A stretch of 30,409 bases of DNA. Source: Macrostomum lignano (taxonomy: Eukaryota). The notes beneath the pieces are model-generated. The model was not told the DNA's origin, searched no databases, and was given only the letters and a program-made list of their open reading frames with translations. The first letter of the stretch is position 1. The number at the start of each line of letters is the position of its first letter. A program made the translations under genes and the position numbers. This document shows positions 24,730 to 30,409 of the stretch, piece after piece. The stretch is taken from NCBI GenBank assembly GCA_002269645.1, contig NIVC01004947.1, forward strand, positions 1 through 30,409. The letters run 5' to 3'.

Positions 24730-26345
24730 TTCGGTGTCTCAGTGCCTGACTTAGTGCATGTCTGTTTGTCAGTTCGTCAGCCACAGCCACTCCCGCGCTC
24801 CTTCCAGGGCCGCAAGAAGCAGCTGAAGGAGCACATAGCCGAGAAGCAGCTCAACCATATGGAAATTCTGTGCTCGGCCGTGAAACAGGGCGACAAAAAC
24901 CAGGAGAAGCAGCAGAAGCAGATCTTAGAGATGGAGAAGAAGCTGGTGGGTGTGGAGCGCCGTGTTGGCGGCCTGGAGAATCTGTTCGGACCGCAGCTGG
25001 TGTGGCGCATCGACAATTACCAGGAGAAGCTGGCCGAGGCCAAGGCGGGAAAGAAAGCCACCATTTTTAGTCCGCCGTTTTTAACAAACCGGCATGGCTA
25101 CAAACTGGCCTTGTCCGCCTGCCTATACGGCGATGGGAAATGTGAGTGCATGCTTGGTTTGCATGTTGTCTTTTAGTTATGTAAGTTCGCAGGATGGGAG
25201 CCTTTGGCAGCTGTCTTTAGTATCGCGGGCGGGAATCGCTCGACCAGCCAAAGGAAAGTTTGCCTGCGAACCACGAATTGGTGTGGCTTTGCTAGAAATC
25301 GAACTACACTGTACGGCGTGTTGCCGCTCCGCTACTCAACCCTCGTGTTAGTAATTTTGTTATTTGCAGTGGGGAGCTAATTTGAACAGTGCCGCAAGTT
25401 AAGGCGACAGTCTACATGCAGCCAGCGATCGGAGACAAGCTGTCCTTGTCCTTTCTGCTGAGCACACCCACGGATACGTACGCAGTACGCAACGTCCCAC
25501 GTACGATGATACGTACAGGGACTTATTCGTAATCAGACAGGTGTACGTCCCTGTACTTAATTGGTTAGCCCAAATTGCCGTGATTCGCACAGCAGAAAAG
25601 CCCCATGTCAATTTTCGTGACCGACGACTAAGTCGTATAGTAATATATCGTCTATCTATTATAAATCGGACCCAAGTACCCAGGGACTTGGGCGGGAACA
25701 CGTATACCGATCGGTACTCAATGTTCTATTACACACACTTTATAGTTAACAGCAGAATGGAGCTTGAAAAATCATGAGCTCATGAAGATGAATGTATATG
25801 ACGTGTCACCACACCGCATAGGTAAAGATGTTTGATTAAACGCACCCATTAGACATGCACAGCTCAAAGTGAAAACCTGTACTGGTGCAATTATAATAAT
25901 CGCACTTACTTTTCTTTATGCTTAAGTTTTGCCCACCCTAGTAGAAGTATGAATAGCACAGCCGTTTTTTAGCCTAATGCTACAAATCGTATGCGATGCA
26001 ATTTTAACTTCCGCAGTCCGAGGCCAGTATATGTCCCTGTTCGCCTGCATCTGCAAGGGCGAAAACGACGCCCTCCTTGCCTGGCCGTTCGCTTACAAGC
26101 TGACCTTCCAGCTCATCGACCAGTGCGAGGATGTGTCGGCCAGGAAGAACATTGTCTACACCGTGACACCGAACCCGTGCAAAGAGAATCGACCATTTCT
26201 GGGTCGACCGCTTGGCGAGAGGAATGCGAGCTTCGGAGCGGCGAGGTTCGCCGAGCTGGACGCCATCGGGAAGCTGGACTACATCAAGGACGACACCATG
26301 TACGTGAAGGTGACGGTTGATCTGGAGAATCTACTGCCGCTGTGA
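23084..26345 (+). CDS. TRAF4-like: TNF receptor-associated factor (TRAF4/TRAF6-like): RING, five TRAF zinc fingers, short coiled coil and MATH domain; 467 aa in 5 exons
   Basis: Exons are 23084-23352, 23770-23923, 24350-24667, 24808-25141 and 26017-26345. All introns are GT-AG and phase-compatible, and the total is 1404 nt. Motifs: RING CPVC...CGHRCCSSC...CPID; zinc fingers CSFFERGC...HIEGC, CPMRC...HRLEDC, CQFC...HLETC, CPNKC...HLENEC and CPFSTYGC...H; MATH LVWRIDNY...FSPPF...GYKLALSACLYGDG...MSLF...LLAWPF...IKDDTMYVKVTVD. Paralog assignment is uncertain. Confidence 0.93.
24673..24728. repeat. (TCTG)n microsatellite in TRAF intron 3
   Basis: 14 units starting at the last base of the GTAAGT donor. 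Confidence 0.95.
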
Positions 26346-26426
26346 TTTGAGGTTTGAATTCTGAGGACATTGATTTTGAGTAGCCCTGTAGCTAAGACTA
26401 GAACTTGTACTCGAAAATATTATTCC

Positions 26427-26526
26427 AAGGACCACTAGAAGTTACCGTTGTATCAGGATGTTCAAATAATTTTGCAATATTTACGAGTGTTTCGTCCTGA
26501 TACAACGGTAACTTATAGTTGTCCTT
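26427..26526. other. 100-bp inverted repeat (34-bp arms, 32-nt spacer): MITE-like element or RNA hairpin
   Basis: Left arm is AAGGACCACTAGAAGTTACCGTTGTATCAGGATG and the right arm reverse complement is AAGGACAACTATAAGTTACCGTTGTATCAGGACG (31/34 identical). Confidence 0.85.
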
Positions 26527-26850
26527 ATATTATTCTCGTACAAACTAAGAGGTGTATCTTAAACGGCTTAATAGAAGTGCACTCTCTACCCTGATCCATG
26601 AGCACAGCTGCGATGCGTAAAGCCTTACACAGTTACAGCTTTGTGAGGTGTGAGGCCTCACACTGCGAGGTCGCACGTTTAACCACGTTTGCTGTTCCGT
26701 ATCGGTAGAGAAATGTATCCTCTGACGCGAATCGCATATTTTTCTGCATGTTTTACAACTGTTTTCGATGTACATGGATCGTTACTGCAGTTTACTGCAT
26801 GTACATGTACATGTAGCTTAATACTGACTCAATTTTTTTTTCTACAGCAA

Positions 26851-26897
26851 AAACCGGGACTATACCGGGACCGGGACCGGGAACCGGGACCGGGACT
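26851..26897. repeat. Short (CCGGGA)n-like repeat
   Basis: AACCGGGACTATACCGGGACCGGGACCGGGAACCGGGACCGGGACTATA. Confidence 0.8.
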
Positions 26898-27727
26898 ATA
26901 TATGAGCATCATATATTTTTGTGATCCGCTATTTCTATCGGATGTTAGCTTAACAAAAACTGCGAGCCTGGCCATGAACTAAATGTGGAATAGTTTTTGT
27001 TACTCTTAGCTTATCAGAAAAAGCACTCAAATTAATCATTTTTAAGTGTATAATTATTGGACGATCTGATTTTAAAATATAAAAGTAAATACTCTATAGA
27101 GGATCCCAACTTTAACGATCAATTTTCTCATATCAACTAAATGATAAGCACGCTAGTAACATGTTTGTTATCGTCTTTTAAGATCATGATCATTTACAAG
27201 TACGTATATATATATTTCCTTTAATTGCGATCAAATATCTGTAGTAGTGGAGCTACATGTACATGTATACTGAACTACATGCATGTGCTGATCATGCAAA
27301 CAAAGAATACAGTTACATGTAATTTTTAGCTTAGCGCACTGTTACATCTAAATGTACTTGGCGAAGATCAGAGTACATGTAGCTCAGCGATAAAGTCTGG
27401 CTTGCACTACGAACCCCTTAAGTTAGTTTGAAATTACTTCGACGACCATATCTATTAATTTGTGGCTTGTTGTGCACAAAACATAGGCCGCGGGTTGCAA
27501 TGCGATTCATGCAGCCAGCTGCGGGAGGCCGCGGGCCATGCAGCCCCAAAGGCGCAGGGAGTTGTACATGCCTATAGCTGATTATTAGAATCGATCGAGA
27601 ATCCTTAACATACATATCTATATATGCACATGTGGGATAAAAAGATGACGACCCTAGAAGACATTGACTTGTTGATTCAACAGATCTTATCTATCTTCTT
27701 GGGCTGCGCAATGCAATGGTTTACCCC

Positions 27728-27908
27728 CGATTCGCCGAATCCTGATTTGCCGATTCCCAGCTCGCCGAATCCTGATTCGCCGATTCCTGGTTCGCCGAAA
27801 TTCCCGAGTCGCCTATTCCCGATTTGCCGAAATTCCTGATTTGCCGAAATTCCTTATTTGCCGAAATTCCTCATTTGCCGAATCCCAACTTGCCGATTTC
27901 CTGATTCG
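27728..27908. repeat. Degenerate 15-16-bp repeat array (GAT(T/C)(T/C)GCCGA(A)(A/T)TCC(T/C)), about 12 copies
   Basis: Recurrent TTCGCCGAAT, TTTGCCGAAATTCC and TCGCCGATTCC units. Confidence 0.8.
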
Positions 27909-28057
27909 CAAAAATAATATGAAACTCTAAAGTTTATTAAATTAAATTAAAAAAATTGCTAAAATAACAGGTTGCTGAAATAAAGCTTCCGGCTTTGTTA
28001 TATTAACAAGAAAATTTAAAGTTTGTGACGTTCTATTTTTTGCAAATAGCTAATGCT

Positions 28058-30049
<1,992 letters not shown>

Positions 30050-30409
30050 TGCTTAGCTAATATAAAAACGCGAGCGTGTGTGCGCGGAATAACACGGTCA
30101 CAGAAGAGGAGTCTTGCTGCGGACCACGCGATTCTGTCTGGTGCTAGGGTCGTATATATATTAAGCTATGCAAATAGCAATTGCTAATTTCTAATTAATA
30201 ATTGAGCTATCTATAACTTTCCTTATTGATTATTGTTAATGTATTGAGGCCTTCTGTAAATAAATTAAATACAATATTATAACATTACAAAAAGCCATTT
30301 TTGATTTTATTTTGATACAAATCTTGAGAATGGTTATTAACATTAGGGCCTAATTGCAATAAAAGAGCAATATAAAAAATAGTAATGGATGGAAATTTGG
30401 TTTTGATTT

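Noticed and set aside
25177-25180. 4-nt microexon TTAT between TTTTAG and GTAAGT in TRAF intron 4
   Set aside because: It needs a 35-nt upstream intron and would frameshift the MATH domain. It is kept only as an alternative donor hypothesis.

Overview
Eukaryotic genomic DNA, most likely from an invertebrate animal: it has GT-AG spliceosomal introns, a TRAF gene and a mariner transposon. A free-living flatworm would fit the composition, but the species cannot be determined from the sequence. The window is dense in tandem repeats: (CTAA)n, (GACA)n and (TATC)n microsatellites, plus 32-, 20- and 16-bp minisatellites. Genes I could reconstruct by hand are a 5-exon TRAF4/6-like gene (23084-26345, 467 aa) and a 2-exon orphan gene (12815-14859, 641 aa) with two gapless 61%-identical 88-aa domains flanking a 22-aa phosphosite-rich tandem repeat. 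There is also a candidate neuropeptide/prohormone precursor (minus strand, ATG 18892), a four-TM orphan exon (11447-12042) and a tentative minus-strand orphan gene (ATG 7469). Mobile elements are a dead DD34D mariner (15452-16706), a 5'-truncated RNase H-bearing LOA/I-group LINE (about 28058-30049) and an older decayed RNase H LINE relic (about 10300-10950). Most long ORFs in the supplied track are artefacts of repeats. There is no CRISPR array, rRNA or tRNA. All alignments and counts were done by eye and no database searches were run.
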